Of a DNA stretch of 48,288 nucleotides, positions 19,292 to 30,082 are shown one piece after another. A program made the translations under genes and the position numbers. Origin of the DNA: a virus (taxonomy: Duplodnaviria; Caudoviricetes); the IMG/VR virus record IMGVR_UViG_3300032260_000008, positions 1 to 48,288 of that record; one strand, given 5' to 3'. Every line of letters starts with the position of its first letter. The first letter of the stretch is position 1. Under the pieces are notes generated by a model. That model made no database searches, was not told the DNA's origin, and saw nothing but the letters and a program-made list of their open reading frames with translations.

Positions 19292-21197
19292 CAGAAGATT
19301 TAGAATTGATGCGATTTTTAGGGGTATTGACCGTGTGTCTCGCCCTATTAATCGCATGCAAGCCAGGATTGGAAGGTTTACCCGTGCAGCTGTGCGTGGG
19401 CTTCGTAATGTTGATCGTGTTACCGGGAGAATAGCAAGAGCTATTGGAACAGGTTTGAGGCGTGCCCTCATGGCTGCTACGGTGGCACTTGTCGCATTTA
19501 GGGCAATCATAAATAGGACAGTTGACGACCTAGATGAACTGGCGAAACAATCAAAACGGTTGGATTTCCCCATTGAAGAATTGCAACAGTGGACTTTTGC
19601 AGCTGAACAGGCAGGCATTAATTCAGAGACCTTTAGTAAGTCGATGGACAAGTTTACGAAAACTTTAGGTGAGGCGAAAAGCGGATATGGAACCATGTCC
19701 GAGAATCTTAAGAAGACGAACCCGGAGTTATTGAAGCAGCTTAAGAATACTGAGAATGTTGCGGATGCATTGGACCTATACATAGGCGCTATGCGGGATT
19801 CAAAAAGTGCAGCTGAAAAAGCTGCGCTCGGTGCAACCGCGTTTGGACGTTCAGGGGTCAAGCTAGTTAACCTAGCCAACTTAACCGAAACTGAATTAGC
19901 CAAATTAAAGAAGGAAATGCTTGCAAACGGTGTTGCCACTTTAGAACAGGCAGAAGCAGCTGAGAAGTATAATGATACTGTCAACAGCATGAAATTAGCG
20001 CTCGGTGGGTTCATGCGCTCGGTGTTAATGCCAATCATCCCGATGCTTACAAAGGCAGCTGAAAAAATCCGTGAGTGGGTCATAAACAATCGTGAGTTGG
20101 TGGCTGGTAAACTCTTGGAGTGGGGCCGTAAAATAGCTGAGAATTGGGATCGTATAGCTTATCACGCTGAGAAGTTGGCAACCGCCGTGGGCGTATTCAT
20201 GGCGATTGCGGGTGCTGTAAAAGTGCTCACAGGTGTTGTGACAGCCTTGAATGTAGTGCTGGCGATGAATCCTTTGTTTTTGGTTCTTGGACTTTTGGCA
20301 GCGGGTGTTATTCTGGTGATAACATACTGGGATGAACTTAAAGAGCATTTCACGGCGGCTTTTGCTGTCATGGATGAAGACATTACAAGTTTTAAAAATA
20401 AGTTTATCAACACTTGGAAAAGCGTTAAAAATTTCTTCATAGATATGTGGAACGGCATAACTGAAGTTTTTGAAGATGCTGTAAACTATTTAATTCAAAA
20501 TGGCCCCATTAGTTGGATTGTTGCGGCGGTTGCTCATGTGATGGAGAATTGGGATACGACAGTTGCATTATATCAAGGCATTTGGGATAGTATCGTAGGC
20601 GTGTTTGATTCTGCAGTAAACTATTTACTAGAGACAGGTCCCGTTAAAAAGCTCATTAAAGCAGTTCAATGGATTCGAGATATTTGGAACGCAACCCCCG
20701 GTTTCTTTGGTGAGATATGGGTAGGAATTATTGATAATTTTTCCAGGGGATTGGCGATACTTAAAAATAAACTAGCACCTCTCATTGGGTGGGTTAAGGC
20801 AGGTTGGACAGCGATAAGCGGATTTTTCAAAGGAATCTGGGACGGCATTGTGAGCCAATTTACAAGAGGCGTCGCATTACTTAAAAAAACTTTCGCTCCG
20901 CTGTTCGCTTTCTTTAAGGGCGTTAAGCAACAAAAAGATGCATTAGTTGCACGGCAAATTGGGGAAGTTGACTTTGGAAGGACCGAAAAAGAAGTTATCG
21001 AGGGCGAAGGTTTATTCGATGAAGGAAAGCCAGAACCACAGGTACAATCATTTGAAGAGCGAATAGCTAGGAAGATAGTTGAGAATAGGGAATCTTCAAA
21101 AGCGGAAATCACTATTAAAGATGAGACGGGGAAAGCCGAAGTTACCAAAGGTAGCTTGAGTGACGACGTCTCCTTAGAACCAAGTGGGGCTTTTTAA
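19281..21197 (+). CDS. Tape measure protein
   Basis: Ala-rich helical sequence, FGRSG motif, AMNPL plus hydrophobic segment, Trp-periodic repeats. Confidence 0.9.
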   Translation: MPADRRFRIDAIFRGIDRVSRPINRMQARIGRFTRAAVRGLRNVDRVTGRIARAIGTGLRRALMAATVALVAFRAIINRTVDDLDELAKQSKRLDFPIEELQQWTFAAEQAGINSETFSKSMDKFTKTLGEAKSGYGTMSENLKKTNPELLKQLKNTENVADALDLYIGAMRDSKSAAEKAALGATAFGRSGVKLVNLANLTETELAKLKKEMLANGVATLEQAEAAEKYNDTVNSMKLALGGFMRSVLMPIIPMLTKAAEKIREWVINNRELVAGKLLEWGRKIAENWDRIAYHAEKLATAVGVFMAIAGAVKVLTGVVTALNVVLAMNPLFLVLGLLAAGVILVITYWDELKEHFTAAFAVMDEDITSFKNKFINTWKSVKNFFIDMWNGITEVFEDAVNYLIQNGPISWIVAAVAHVMENWDTTVALYQGIWDSIVGVFDSAVNYLLETGPVKKLIKAVQWIRDIWNATPGFFGEIWVGIIDNFSRGLAILKNKLAPLIGWVKAGWTAISGFFKGIWDGIVSQFTRGVALLKKTFAPLFAFFKGVKQQKDALVARQIGEVDFGRTEKEVIEGEGLFDEGKPEPQVQSFEERIARKIVENRESSKAEITIKDETGKAEVTKGSLSDDVSLEPSGAF

Positions 21198-22502
21198 ATG
21201 GGCTTTGTAGAAGATCTAAAACTTGCGATAGGTATCAAGGATGAAATTGATGAGGGTCCAAATTGGGAACGTCGTTTAGCCGAAGCTGCGTACACTTCGC
21301 CATCGGGAAATAGACTCACTTTTTATTATGAGGATGTAAAAACAAGTTTTGAGAAAAAGACAGCTGCGTTTGACTTTCCAGATGCAGATGGAACCTATGT
21401 GCAAGATAATGGTTTGAAGGGTAGGAAATTTCCTTTACGTTTAATTTTCTGGGGTAAAGACCATGATACGATTGCTAAGGGTTTTGAATCTTTACTGAGG
21501 GAAACAGGGCGTGGCGTACTAGAACACCCTATGTATGGGACACATGATGTGGTCCCTTTTGGGACTATTTCACGGCGAGATGATTTAAAAAGGGCCGCAA
21601 ATCAAACAGTAATTGAGTGCACTTTCTGGGCATCTATTGCTTTGATCTACCCCTCCAGTCAAACAGATGCCAAGGGAGATGTTAACGGGGCGGTTGATGA
21701 CTTCAATGCGGCGGCGGCGGCTCAATTTGACCAACAGATGTCATTTGAAACGCCCCTTGAGGAAAAATCTTTCTTAGATGAGATGAAGGCCTTGAGGGAT
21801 AAAGCAAATAATGTTCTGGAGGTTTTGACCGAAGGACAACAAGATTTACAAGCAGCTGTCAACGACGCAAAGAATGCCGTCAACGCCATAACGGACCCAG
21901 TGAATCAACTTGAAGCGTTGGCCACTGCTACGCAAAGCATGCTTCAATTACCTGGCACCGGTTCAGGCTCAGCCAGTACAAAGCTAGATTCCTATGGTTC
22001 TCTCACGGATGAAGTGACGGGGCAATTGGTGCCCAATGCAAACAGTTTCCATACGAAAGATATAAATGCATCAACGTATATAGCTGGGTCGGTCTTGTCA
22101 GTGGTTAATAGCGACTTTGCCACGCAGTCTGATGCCATCGGGGCCGCTACAGTTGTTGCCGCTCAAATGGACGTTTTAGCAGAATGGCGAGAAAATAATT
22201 ACGCTACTTTGGCGGGGGGTCAAGATGATTTGCCAACAGTTGCGGGTGTGGATATGGGCGGGGCATATGCAGGCATTCAAAACGCAGTCGCTCTTTGCAT
22301 TAGCTATTTGGTTGAAATATCTTTTACCTTAAACCAAGAACGTATTTTAGTTTTAGATAGGCCTCGAAACATAGTTGAATTAGCAGCAGAAATCTATGGA
22401 GACGTAGATAGCCAGTTAGATTTTTTAATAACCTCAAATAACTTGACGGGCTCGGAAATTTTAGAACTACCGAAAGGGAAAAGTATTGCCTACTACGTCT
22501 AA
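21198..22502 (+). CDS. Mu gpN-like DNA circularization / tail tube initiator protein
   Basis: FDFPDADGTYVQDNG and GVLEHPMYG N-domain; C-terminal LAAEIYGD..LITSNNL. Confidence 0.85.
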   Translation: MGFVEDLKLAIGIKDEIDEGPNWERRLAEAAYTSPSGNRLTFYYEDVKTSFEKKTAAFDFPDADGTYVQDNGLKGRKFPLRLIFWGKDHDTIAKGFESLLRETGRGVLEHPMYGTHDVVPFGTISRRDDLKRAANQTVIECTFWASIALIYPSSQTDAKGDVNGAVDDFNAAAAAQFDQQMSFETPLEEKSFLDEMKALRDKANNVLEVLTEGQQDLQAAVNDAKNAVNAITDPVNQLEALATATQSMLQLPGTGSGSASTKLDSYGSLTDEVTGQLVPNANSFHTKDINASTYIAGSVLSVVNSDFATQSDAIGAATVVAAQMDVLAEWRENNYATLAGGQDDLPTVAGVDMGGAYAGIQNAVALCISYLVEISFTLNQERILVLDRPRNIVELAAEIYGDVDSQLDFLITSNNLTGSEILELPKGKSIAYYV

Positions 22503-23535
22503 AGATGTTGTTACGTTGAATGTAGATGGAACCGTTTTCAAGTTTTGGGAAACCATCTCGTTCAAAAGGTCTTTAGATACGGTTGACACTTTAAGTTTTA
22601 CAACGCCCTTTGAGTACGAAAATAAGGCATTCAGGGATACTTTCGAGCCTTTATCATTCAAGCCGCTTGAGGTATTGGTTGACGATGTCCTTTTGTTTAA
22701 AGGGACTATGTTAAAAGTAGCCCCTCAAGCATCAAGCGAACGTAAAACGGCAACTATAAACGGGTATGCACTGCCCGGTGTATTAAGTGATTGTACTGTA
22801 GCGCCCGATCTTTTCCCACTTGAGTTTAATAATATGGATTTGATGGGAATAACAGACACTCTGATTAGTCCTTTTAACTTAGTTTCGGAATTCCAGTCTA
22901 GTACAGGTGCAGCATTCAAAAGAGTTGCAATTAAACCTACTGAAAAAATAATGCCTTTTTTAGTTAAATTGGCACAACAAAGAAATTTCATTATCTCCAA
23001 TACGACTGATGGGGCCTTACTTTTTTGGAACATAATAACACCAGGCGCGCCTGTGGCTAGATTGAAGCAAGGTGAATCCCCTTTAATAAGTGCCAGGGAC
23101 AATACGAACCCCCAAGAGTATTACGCTTCAATAACAGGTTTTAAGCCCGTCAAAGTTGGGTCTAGTGGGGGGTCGCAATATACGCTAGAGAATACTTTTC
23201 TGCAAAATGTTGTGAGACCTTTTAACTTTGAAGTTAATGACGCCAGGGGACCGGACGCCAAAATAGCCACCGAAGCGAAAATGGGACGTATGTTTGGGAA
23301 CGCTATAAACTATAGTATTTCTGTTTCCACATGGCGTGACCCATCAGGCAACTTATGGGAACCCAATACGACCTTAAAACTGACAGCCCCCGAAGCATTG
23401 GTTTACAATGAAACGGAATTTTTAATTAAGTCAGTGTCATTTAGTAGAACCCCCGAAACAAAAATTGCAAATATGGAATTGGTTTTAACTGGGTCATACA
23501 CAAACGAAATACCTGAGGTTTTACCATGGGCATGA
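22486..23535 (+). CDS. Baseplate hub protein (Mu gpP-like)
   Basis: LSDC, TWRDPSGNLWEPNT motifs; synteny. Confidence 0.85.
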   Translation: MPTTSKDVVTLNVDGTVFKFWETISFKRSLDTVDTLSFTTPFEYENKAFRDTFEPLSFKPLEVLVDDVLLFKGTMLKVAPQASSERKTATINGYALPGVLSDCTVAPDLFPLEFNNMDLMGITDTLISPFNLVSEFQSSTGAAFKRVAIKPTEKIMPFLVKLAQQRNFIISNTTDGALLFWNIITPGAPVARLKQGESPLISARDNTNPQEYYASITGFKPVKVGSSGGSQYTLENTFLQNVVRPFNFEVNDARGPDAKIATEAKMGRMFGNAINYSISVSTWRDPSGNLWEPNTTLKLTAPEALVYNETEFLIKSVSFSRTPETKIANMELVLTGSYTNEIPEVLPWA

Positions 23536-23930
23536 TAGCCACAGTTTTATCCACAGAAACTACAGAAGTGGAAGAGGCCAAGGTCACGGAAGTAATAGTG
23601 AACACAGGTGGTGGCGTTAATTTAACAGGTTCCAATTTTCAGGGAAATGGAGTGGACGCCCCACCACTTGCGGGTGACTATGCGGTTGCTGTGAAGACTC
23701 AGGGAAATGGTGAGATAGTTATCGTAGGGTATTTGGACCCTAACGATGCGGGTGTCGCTGGGCAAGGTGAGTGTAGGGTTTACTCTAGGAATGCCGACGG
23801 TGAAGTAAAAGCCGAAATATGGTTAAAAGCAGATGGCTCCGTTATGTTTATGAATGCCGACGGCCAATTTGAGCTAAAAGCAGATGGCCAGTTGGATGTC
23901 AATAACGGAAATTTAACGGTGGATCCATGA
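23526..23930 (+). CDS. Baseplate spike (Mu gp45-like)
   Basis: GVDAPPLAGD, GECRVYS, repeated LKADG beta-helix. Confidence 0.8.
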   Translation: MGMIATVLSTETTEVEEAKVTEVIVNTGGGVNLTGSNFQGNGVDAPPLAGDYAVAVKTQGNGEIVIVGYLDPNDAGVAGQGECRVYSRNADGEVKAEIWLKADGSVMFMNADGQFELKADGQLDVNNGNLTVDP

Positions 23931-24307
23931 GTGTTTTGGTAATGACAAGTAACGGTACACTGGGTCATGGCCTAGGGTCCACTATTACGGGGGGCACTTT
24001 TACGATAATAACCACTCCTAAGACCAAAGGGAAAGTCAATGGTGCAGGTATTTTTTCCGGGACTCTCCAATATTCTTTTGCGGGTGGGAGTGCGCCCGGA
24101 ATGGTAGCTGGGACCGTAGCAACCACAGCCCCACAGTCAATCAATCCTACCGCGGTAAAATCCCGTGTACAAGGTGATTTGGTTGTGCGTGAGGGTGACT
24201 CAGGTACCATGCAAGCCGAAGGGACATTAACGGGCGGTGGTGTTGGTCCTGTATCGGGGCCTGTAGAAGTCAATGACGCGGGTCAAAATGTATTGAGAGG
24301 TAAGTAG
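23927..24307 (+). CDS. Putative PAAR-like spike tip protein
   Basis: Gly-rich 126 aa with VQGDLVVREGD resembling the PAAR VNGxxxxRxGD motif; directly after the spike. Confidence 0.5.
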   Translation: MSVLVMTSNGTLGHGLGSTITGGTFTIITTPKTKGKVNGAGIFSGTLQYSFAGGSAPGMVAGTVATTAPQSINPTAVKSRVQGDLVVREGDSGTMQAEGTLTGGGVGPVSGPVEVNDAGQNVLRGK

Positions 24308-24738
24308 TGGACGTACGCATATATCACACAAATGACAATGGTGAGATAAATATAGTCAATGGTACCACTGAGTTAACGGGGGGTTTCGACAGTTTAATTT
24401 ATCTGGCTTTATTTGGTGGTAATTCGGACGATCCGGGGGGTCAAGACACCACTTTGTCATGGTGGGGGAACCTACTTGAAAATGAGGAATCGAAACAATA
24501 TCGGAGTAAAACACAATATTTATTACGAGGTCTCCCAGCTACCAGTGCAAACCTACAGAGGCTTAAGGTAGCAGTGGAGAAAGATTTGCAATTTCTATTA
24601 GACTTGAGCATAGCATCTTCAATTGATATTTCGGTTCGAATACCCGCATTGAACAAAATAGAAATTTCTGGTAGCGTTAAAGCTGAGGGAAATAAAACGG
24701 ATTTCTTATTTGTAGAAAACTGGGAGTCAACGGTATGA
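24307..24738 (+). CDS. Baseplate protein (Mu gp46-like)
   Basis: YLALFGG, WWGN, RSK..YLL, DLQFLLD motifs. Confidence 0.85.
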   Translation: MDVRIYHTNDNGEINIVNGTTELTGGFDSLIYLALFGGNSDDPGGQDTTLSWWGNLLENEESKQYRSKTQYLLRGLPATSANLQRLKVAVEKDLQFLLDLSIASSIDISVRIPALNKIEISGSVKAEGNKTDFLFVENWESTV

Positions 24739-25919
24739 GTCTTCAAACACCAACAATCCAGCAAGTAAATGACAGTATCATAGCGCAACTGGAAGCAGCC
24801 TTGAGTCAAACTATCCCTCTCTTACCAAAGGCTTTTAATAGAGTTTTGGCAAAAGTTTTGGCAGCTGTTTTCATAATAGTTTATAAGTATGCTGGTTTTA
24901 TATTCCTTCAATTGTTCGTTAAAACCGCTTCAATTAGGGAAACCATTATAAACGGTAGAGTCGTAAAACCCTTGGTTGAGTGGGGTGTTTTAATTGGCAT
25001 AGGTGAGCCTGATGAAGCGGTGGCTGCTCGATATGTTATGAGGGTTCAGCCTTTGCAGACAGGGGGTACTCTCCCAGCTGGCACTCAGGTAATGAACGAC
25101 GCCAATCAAGTCATATACATCACTGAGCAAGACGAGCTTGTGACAGGTCTATTTTTCAATGTGGATATTGTAGCGTCTTCTGATCCCTCAGGTGGAGGGG
25201 GCGCCGGGTCCGTTGGCACATTAAACGTTGGTGATACAGTTTCCTTCATTGACCCTTTGGGGTATGTTAAAAGAGACTGTACGATAACAGGTGAGTATAA
25301 CCCTGGGATAGATGCGGAGACAGAAGAAGCGTATAGGCAAAGGGTTACGGATAGATTCGCTAAATTACCGCAAGGTGGCGCATATGCAGACTATGAACAA
25401 TGGGGTGAAGGTGCCGCTGGAATCATAAATATATACCCCTACACTGGACTACCTGGGATAGTGGATGTGTATGCAGAAGCGGATACAACCATTGACCCCG
25501 ATGGGATTCCAACAGCCTCACAGCTTCAAGAGGTAGAAGACCTTATTGAGTTGGATGTTTTAGGTTTGGCTACTCGTAGGCCTGCAAACTCTTTCACTAA
25601 TGTTCTTCCAATTACCCGAACCGAATTTACAGTTACGATAAGTGGATTAACTCCTAATACTACTGAGAATCAAGATTTTATAGAAGAGAATGTACAAGCC
25701 CATTTTTTAACCAGGGCACCTTTTATTACAGGTCTTTCTTTGCCACCTAAAGCTGATACAGTTTCTCCAAGTGCAGTTGCGGGGTCTGCAGCTAATGCAG
25801 CCGAATCTGTGGGTGCAACATTTCTAACGATAGTCGTAGAAGTGGGGGGTTCACCTTTAGAGATACCCTATGTACTGGGAGAGGGTGAAAAAGCCAAAGG
25901 GACGGTGCTTTTCGCATGA
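24735..25919 (+). CDS. Baseplate wedge J-like protein (Mu gp47)
   Basis: GIDAETEEAYRQRV..PQGGAYADYEQW. Confidence 0.9.
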   Translation: MSLQTPTIQQVNDSIIAQLEAALSQTIPLLPKAFNRVLAKVLAAVFIIVYKYAGFIFLQLFVKTASIRETIINGRVVKPLVEWGVLIGIGEPDEAVAARYVMRVQPLQTGGTLPAGTQVMNDANQVIYITEQDELVTGLFFNVDIVASSDPSGGGGAGSVGTLNVGDTVSFIDPLGYVKRDCTITGEYNPGIDAETEEAYRQRVTDRFAKLPQGGAYADYEQWGEGAAGIINIYPYTGLPGIVDVYAEADTTIDPDGIPTASQLQEVEDLIELDVLGLATRRPANSFTNVLPITRTEFTVTISGLTPNTTENQDFIEENVQAHFLTRAPFITGLSLPPKADTVSPSAVAGSAANAAESVGATFLTIVVEVGGSPLEIPYVLGEGEKAKGTVLFA

Positions 25920-26797
25920 GTTTATTTTTTAGAATTTATCAGCACCTATTACCCCGCGCTAAAGCTTGGCGGATGGTTATTGATAAAACCCTACGGAATT
26001 TCTTTGAAGGTTTAACGGGGCTCCCATCAGATACAAGAGATTTCGTTGATGGTGTTTGGGAAGATATGTTCCCGCAAACAACCCGTGAGTTGGTTGCTTG
26101 GGAACAACAATTTCATTTACCTAATAACGCCCAAACTGAGCAAGTTCGTAGGGATAGGTTAGAAGCTGCGTGGAAGGCCTTAGGGGGCCAAAGTCCAGGG
26201 TACATTCAAGGAATATTACAAGCAGCTGGATTTGACGTGTACATACATGAATGGTGGGAGCCAGGGAGTAACCCCCCTATAGCTAGGAACCCTAATTTTT
26301 ATTTATTTGGAGTGCCTCACATGTGTGGCGATACGGATGCGGAGTGTGGTGAACCAGATATGGAATGTGGTTTGGCAACTGATGCGGTGGGTTACCATTT
26401 AGTAAACAAATTGTTATTTGCTGAATACGATTATATCTATCGGTGCGGTGAGCCTTTCGCGGAGTGTGGCGAGCCAGGTATGGAATGTGGCGAGAATAAT
26501 GGTGTTATTTTTACGCAAAAGCCTTATCCAGTACCGCAATATGTGGATGAGGTCTTAAGGGCACAACCTGAGATTTCAAACGGTTCGCAATACTGGCCCA
26601 ATTTTTTATATTTTGGAGGCCAAACTTTTGGAACTACTGCACAGGTACCTTTGTCTAGAAAAGATGAATTTGAAGATTTATGTTTAAAAATTTGCCCTAC
26701 GCAAGACTGGCTTGTGTTATTGATAGAATATACCGATAGTGGTAATAATTGGGCACAAGGTGATAACTGGGCTGAGGGCCACAACTGGGCGCAATAG
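25916..26797 (+). CDS. Baseplate protein (Mu gp48-like) with CGE repeats
   Basis: LLPRAKAW, WEQQFHLP, GGQSPGY; two CGxxxAECGEPxMECG blocks. Confidence 0.8.
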   Translation: MSLFFRIYQHLLPRAKAWRMVIDKTLRNFFEGLTGLPSDTRDFVDGVWEDMFPQTTRELVAWEQQFHLPNNAQTEQVRRDRLEAAWKALGGQSPGYIQGILQAAGFDVYIHEWWEPGSNPPIARNPNFYLFGVPHMCGDTDAECGEPDMECGLATDAVGYHLVNKLLFAEYDYIYRCGEPFAECGEPGMECGENNGVIFTQKPYPVPQYVDEVLRAQPEISNGSQYWPNFLYFGGQTFGTTAQVPLSRKDEFEDLCLKICPTQDWLVLLIEYTDSGNNWAQGDNWAEGHNWAQ

Positions 26798-26804
26798 GTG
26801 AACT

Positions 26805-28445
26805 ATGACGACAACAACCAATAGAGGATATATTATACCGGACCCGGGCGATCCCCCAGCCACGTACGGCACTAAATGGGCTACCCTAGTTACTGCCCAA
26901 GACGTAGATATTCAAAATGCATTAGACAATGGGTACCCGTTAGATTCAATTGTTATCGTTCAACACGGCGACAATGATGTTGCCAACGGTACCAATTTAC
27001 TCGATGCTTATACAGCTGCGAAGGCTTTAACTCCTGGAGGGTTACCGCTGGGGGCGGACAATAGAGCGCTTTTGATAGTTCCCGCTGGGTCTTACGACCT
27101 TGACGGGCTTCAATTCCAAATAGATACTGATTTTATAGACATCCAAGGGCACGGTATTTGTCGTCGTATTGCGGGAAGTTCCCCAGGTCAAATGGACGCC
27201 AACTCAGTCAAACTACCCTCTACCCGAATATATGGAAGCGCACCTATCGTATTGGTAGGTGTAAGCGCGAATGACTTTAACGTTAAATCAATTTACATAG
27301 AGCAAAATTCTTTAGGCGACGCTGCGGTTGAGGTTTCGGAATCCACTGGGGCGCCGAGAAGTTCATGGATTGATTTTGCTTATAAGTTGGCTGATCTCTC
27401 ACCAACAGCAGGTTTCAAACCTGTGTCACCTGCTACTAAATTGGCGGGGTACTTCGAGCATTGCCATTGCCATTGGGGCTTTTTATGGGGTGAGTTTGAT
27501 GGCGTTATCAAGAATTCTTCAGCAGCGGATTACAGTATAGGGGCCTTGACCGACGCAAGCGGAGTTGGAACGTTCAACGGTATAGCAGAAGATTGCGCTT
27601 TTGCAGGTAACAGCGTCGGTTTTGGCGATGCAGGCGGAATAGTAGGTACCAGTGCAGTGATTAGACGTTGTACTGTGGATGTATACTGCTGTGGGGCCTC
27701 TGACAACACGGGTGCAGCAGCTTTCAACGGACTCGGTGAAGATATTATTGCATCTGAAGCTTGCTTCGGTCATGCCGAAGGCGGCGAGGGGTCCATTAGC
27801 GGGACTCTACGACGTTGCGTGAGCACCAATGTAAGGTCTTTTGCAGCTGGGGGGTCTTCAGGCTATGGCGTCATTAAAACGGGCGCTATAATTAAAGATT
27901 GCGAAGGCGACGATTATTGTTTTGCTTCTGAAGATGGGGGAAGTTCATCAAACTCAATTGAAACGGGCAGTTTGTTAGAAAACTGCAAGGGCGGGGCCAA
28001 TTGTTTTGGGGGTACTGCGGGAAGCATACGAGGCAAGTTAATAAATTGTGAGACTACAAACGGTTTTGCAGGTCCTAACGGTACATTATCAACAGCGGAA
28101 TTAGTCAATTGCAGAGAGCTAGAAAATGGTGTTGGTGAGGCTGATTCTCTAACAGTTTTTAGAAATTTCGAAAGTTTGTTTCGTAGGAATATAATGCCTA
28201 ATTTTGCTGGAAAAATGTACGATTCTAAAATAAAAACCAGCCTGGATAGTTGTGTCGAAGTTAAAAACAGTAATGCACATTTTTATTATTGTATGTTCCA
28301 TGCCGCTGGTAATTCACCGTTGGGTACCGATAGTGCTTATGACGTAGTATTAGTACATTGCACCTTCGACGGTGTGTTGGACGCTAATTTTACAAATCTA
28401 GTAAGCACACCATACAATGTAGATAGCTCGGCTATAGAGCTTTAG
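26805..28445 (+). CDS. Tail spike / receptor-binding beta-helix protein, Cys-rich
   Basis: N-terminal TTTNRGYIIPD anchor; pectate-lyase-like opening (LLIVPAGSYDL); repeating (I/L)xxC coils. Confidence 0.65.
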   Translation: MTTTTNRGYIIPDPGDPPATYGTKWATLVTAQDVDIQNALDNGYPLDSIVIVQHGDNDVANGTNLLDAYTAAKALTPGGLPLGADNRALLIVPAGSYDLDGLQFQIDTDFIDIQGHGICRRIAGSSPGQMDANSVKLPSTRIYGSAPIVLVGVSANDFNVKSIYIEQNSLGDAAVEVSESTGAPRSSWIDFAYKLADLSPTAGFKPVSPATKLAGYFEHCHCHWGFLWGEFDGVIKNSSAADYSIGALTDASGVGTFNGIAEDCAFAGNSVGFGDAGGIVGTSAVIRRCTVDVYCCGASDNTGAAAFNGLGEDIIASEACFGHAEGGEGSISGTLRRCVSTNVRSFAAGGSSGYGVIKTGAIIKDCEGDDYCFASEDGGSSSNSIETGSLLENCKGGANCFGGTAGSIRGKLINCETTNGFAGPNGTLSTAELVNCRELENGVGEADSLTVFRNFESLFRRNIMPNFAGKMYDSKIKTSLDSCVEVKNSNAHFYYCMFHAAGNSPLGTDSAYDVVLVHCTFDGVLDANFTNLVSTPYNVDSSAIEL

Positions 28446-28457
28446 AAGGGAAGAACT

Positions 28458-29279
28458 ATGAGTTTAAATCCATACGTACAATTTGCTGGTAAAGTAGCTG
28501 CTCCAGATCCCGCGTATCCTTGGGGCGGCGCTAGGGATGTCGCCGTGTCTGGAGATGGCACGGGGACCCCTTGGAAATCCCTTTTGCTTAGTGATATATG
28601 GGGGCTACAACAAAGGCTTTTACAAGAAGCTGGAATCACCCCTAATCAAGTGGCGGATAGTGCCGTAAGCTCTCAATACTATGACGCTATAAGACGTACC
28701 GCAGGTTTCCCCGGTTCAGTCCAAAAAGTATTTTACAACCAGGATCCCTCGCTTTTGGGAGTCCGTCAATTATTGTTGGATGGTTCAGGTGTTCTAGTTG
28801 CGAACTATCCCGACCTCGTGGCTAACACATATGTAGGAGATGCCAATAACGCAGCAGTAGCAGCAGCAGGCGGAGGCTTCTACAAGGCAGATGATGCAGC
28901 GGGAACTATCCCTAACACAGCGGGTGTCTATTTTATCCTTCCAGATACAAGGGGAAGTTTCCCCCGTGGTTTGGATACTGCAGGAGCCATTGACCCTGAT
29001 GGTGCCTCAAGGTACCTGGGAGATATCCAAGGTCCAGCACAGGCCGACCACTTCCATAGTGGTATCTACACAGGTATTTACGAGAGTGGGGATGAAATAG
29101 GTGTGGACAGTGTTCTTACGTCTACTGTAGGACCTGCAGATGATTACCTAAGAACGGGCGGCACTCCAGCCACAGTGTATACAGGGTACTCGTTACCATT
29201 GGCAGGTGTTCCAGTGCCCATTGAGACCACTGATAATAGGCCTTCAAACTTCTCTTGTAATTTTGCGATTTGGTATTAG
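28458..29279 (+). CDS. Tail fibre protein with collar domain
   Basis: AGITPN..SQYYDAI N-domain; FILPDTRGSFPRGLD..D..RYLGDIQ collar; HFH; DNRPSN. Confidence 0.8.
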   Translation: MSLNPYVQFAGKVAAPDPAYPWGGARDVAVSGDGTGTPWKSLLLSDIWGLQQRLLQEAGITPNQVADSAVSSQYYDAIRRTAGFPGSVQKVFYNQDPSLLGVRQLLLDGSGVLVANYPDLVANTYVGDANNAAVAAAGGGFYKADDAAGTIPNTAGVYFILPDTRGSFPRGLDTAGAIDPDGASRYLGDIQGPAQADHFHSGIYTGIYESGDEIGVDSVLTSTVGPADDYLRTGGTPATVYTGYSLPLAGVPVPIETTDNRPSNFSCNFAIWY

Positions 29280-29281
29280 TC

Positions 29282-30082
29282 ATGAAACATACAGTAAAAT
29301 ATAAAGAAATTGACGGTTGCAAAGTAGTTATTGGATTCGACCAACTACGACGGGACCCCATGGCATCCAAAAATAAACTTATGGATAAAATGGAAACTCA
29401 TCAAGCCACATATGAGCTAGCTAAAGCGAGTGAGAAATACTCAGTGGCGGGTAAAAAGTACGTGAGCCTTGAGAAGTCTTTTAAAAAAATGGGTGGCGTA
29501 CCTGAGAACCACAAGTACGCAAAAGACTTAAGGGAAGCCAAAGCAGGGTACCAAGTAGCTACTGCAAGATTTGCACAAGCCCTAGAGGACCTAAAACCCG
29601 AATGTGAGGTTTTCTTTGAGCCCCGTAGAAATGAAGTTGTCGTAGATGAACCCACGTTGGATGGATTGGAACGAAAAGGAAAAGAATTAAACATCAATGA
29701 GGTTCTGCTACTTTCGGGGGAAATCGTAGAAAATAACATAGGTACGGTTTATTACGAGAAATTACAACCTGAAAACATCTGGCTACGTGGTGAAATTAAA
29801 GAACTTAAAGTAGAAGTGCCTGAGGGTGCTATACGTGAACAAGAATTATCCAAACTAGAAAAGGTTGAAATCATCGCACAAAATGAGAAGGATAGAATCG
29901 CACAACTAACGGACGGTCAAAAGTTAGATGAGAAAAACAGAGCGCTTGGGCAGCTAGCCAAACAAGCGGCCAATGAGCGCTCATGGCTAGAGATACAAGG
30001 GTCTTCATCTGAAGATGCATTGAAGCAAACAGGCGAAAAATTCAAACCCCTAATTCAAGAAATAGAGGCTAAATATGAGTGA
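29282..30082 (+). CDS. Hypothetical protein, possible fibre assembly chaperone
   Basis: Helical, charged ORF immediately after the fibre; ATG at 29282 preferred over the track start. Confidence 0.5.
   Translation: MKHTVKYKEIDGCKVVIGFDQLRRDPMASKNKLMDKMETHQATYELAKASEKYSVAGKKYVSLEKSFKKMGGVPENHKYAKDLREAKAGYQVATARFAQALEDLKPECEVFFEPRRNEVVVDEPTLDGLERKGKELNINEVLLLSGEIVENNIGTVYYEKLQPENIWLRGEIKELKVEVPEGAIREQELSKLEKVEIIAQNEKDRIAQLTDGQKLDEKNRALGQLAKQAANERSWLEIQGSSSEDALKQTGEKFKPLIQEIEAKYE

Noticed and set aside
19259-20089. 276-aa antisense ORF and the many other antisense ORFs within structural genes
   Set aside because: They lie fully opposite well-supported genes, have no motifs or SD, and are expected from codon bias.
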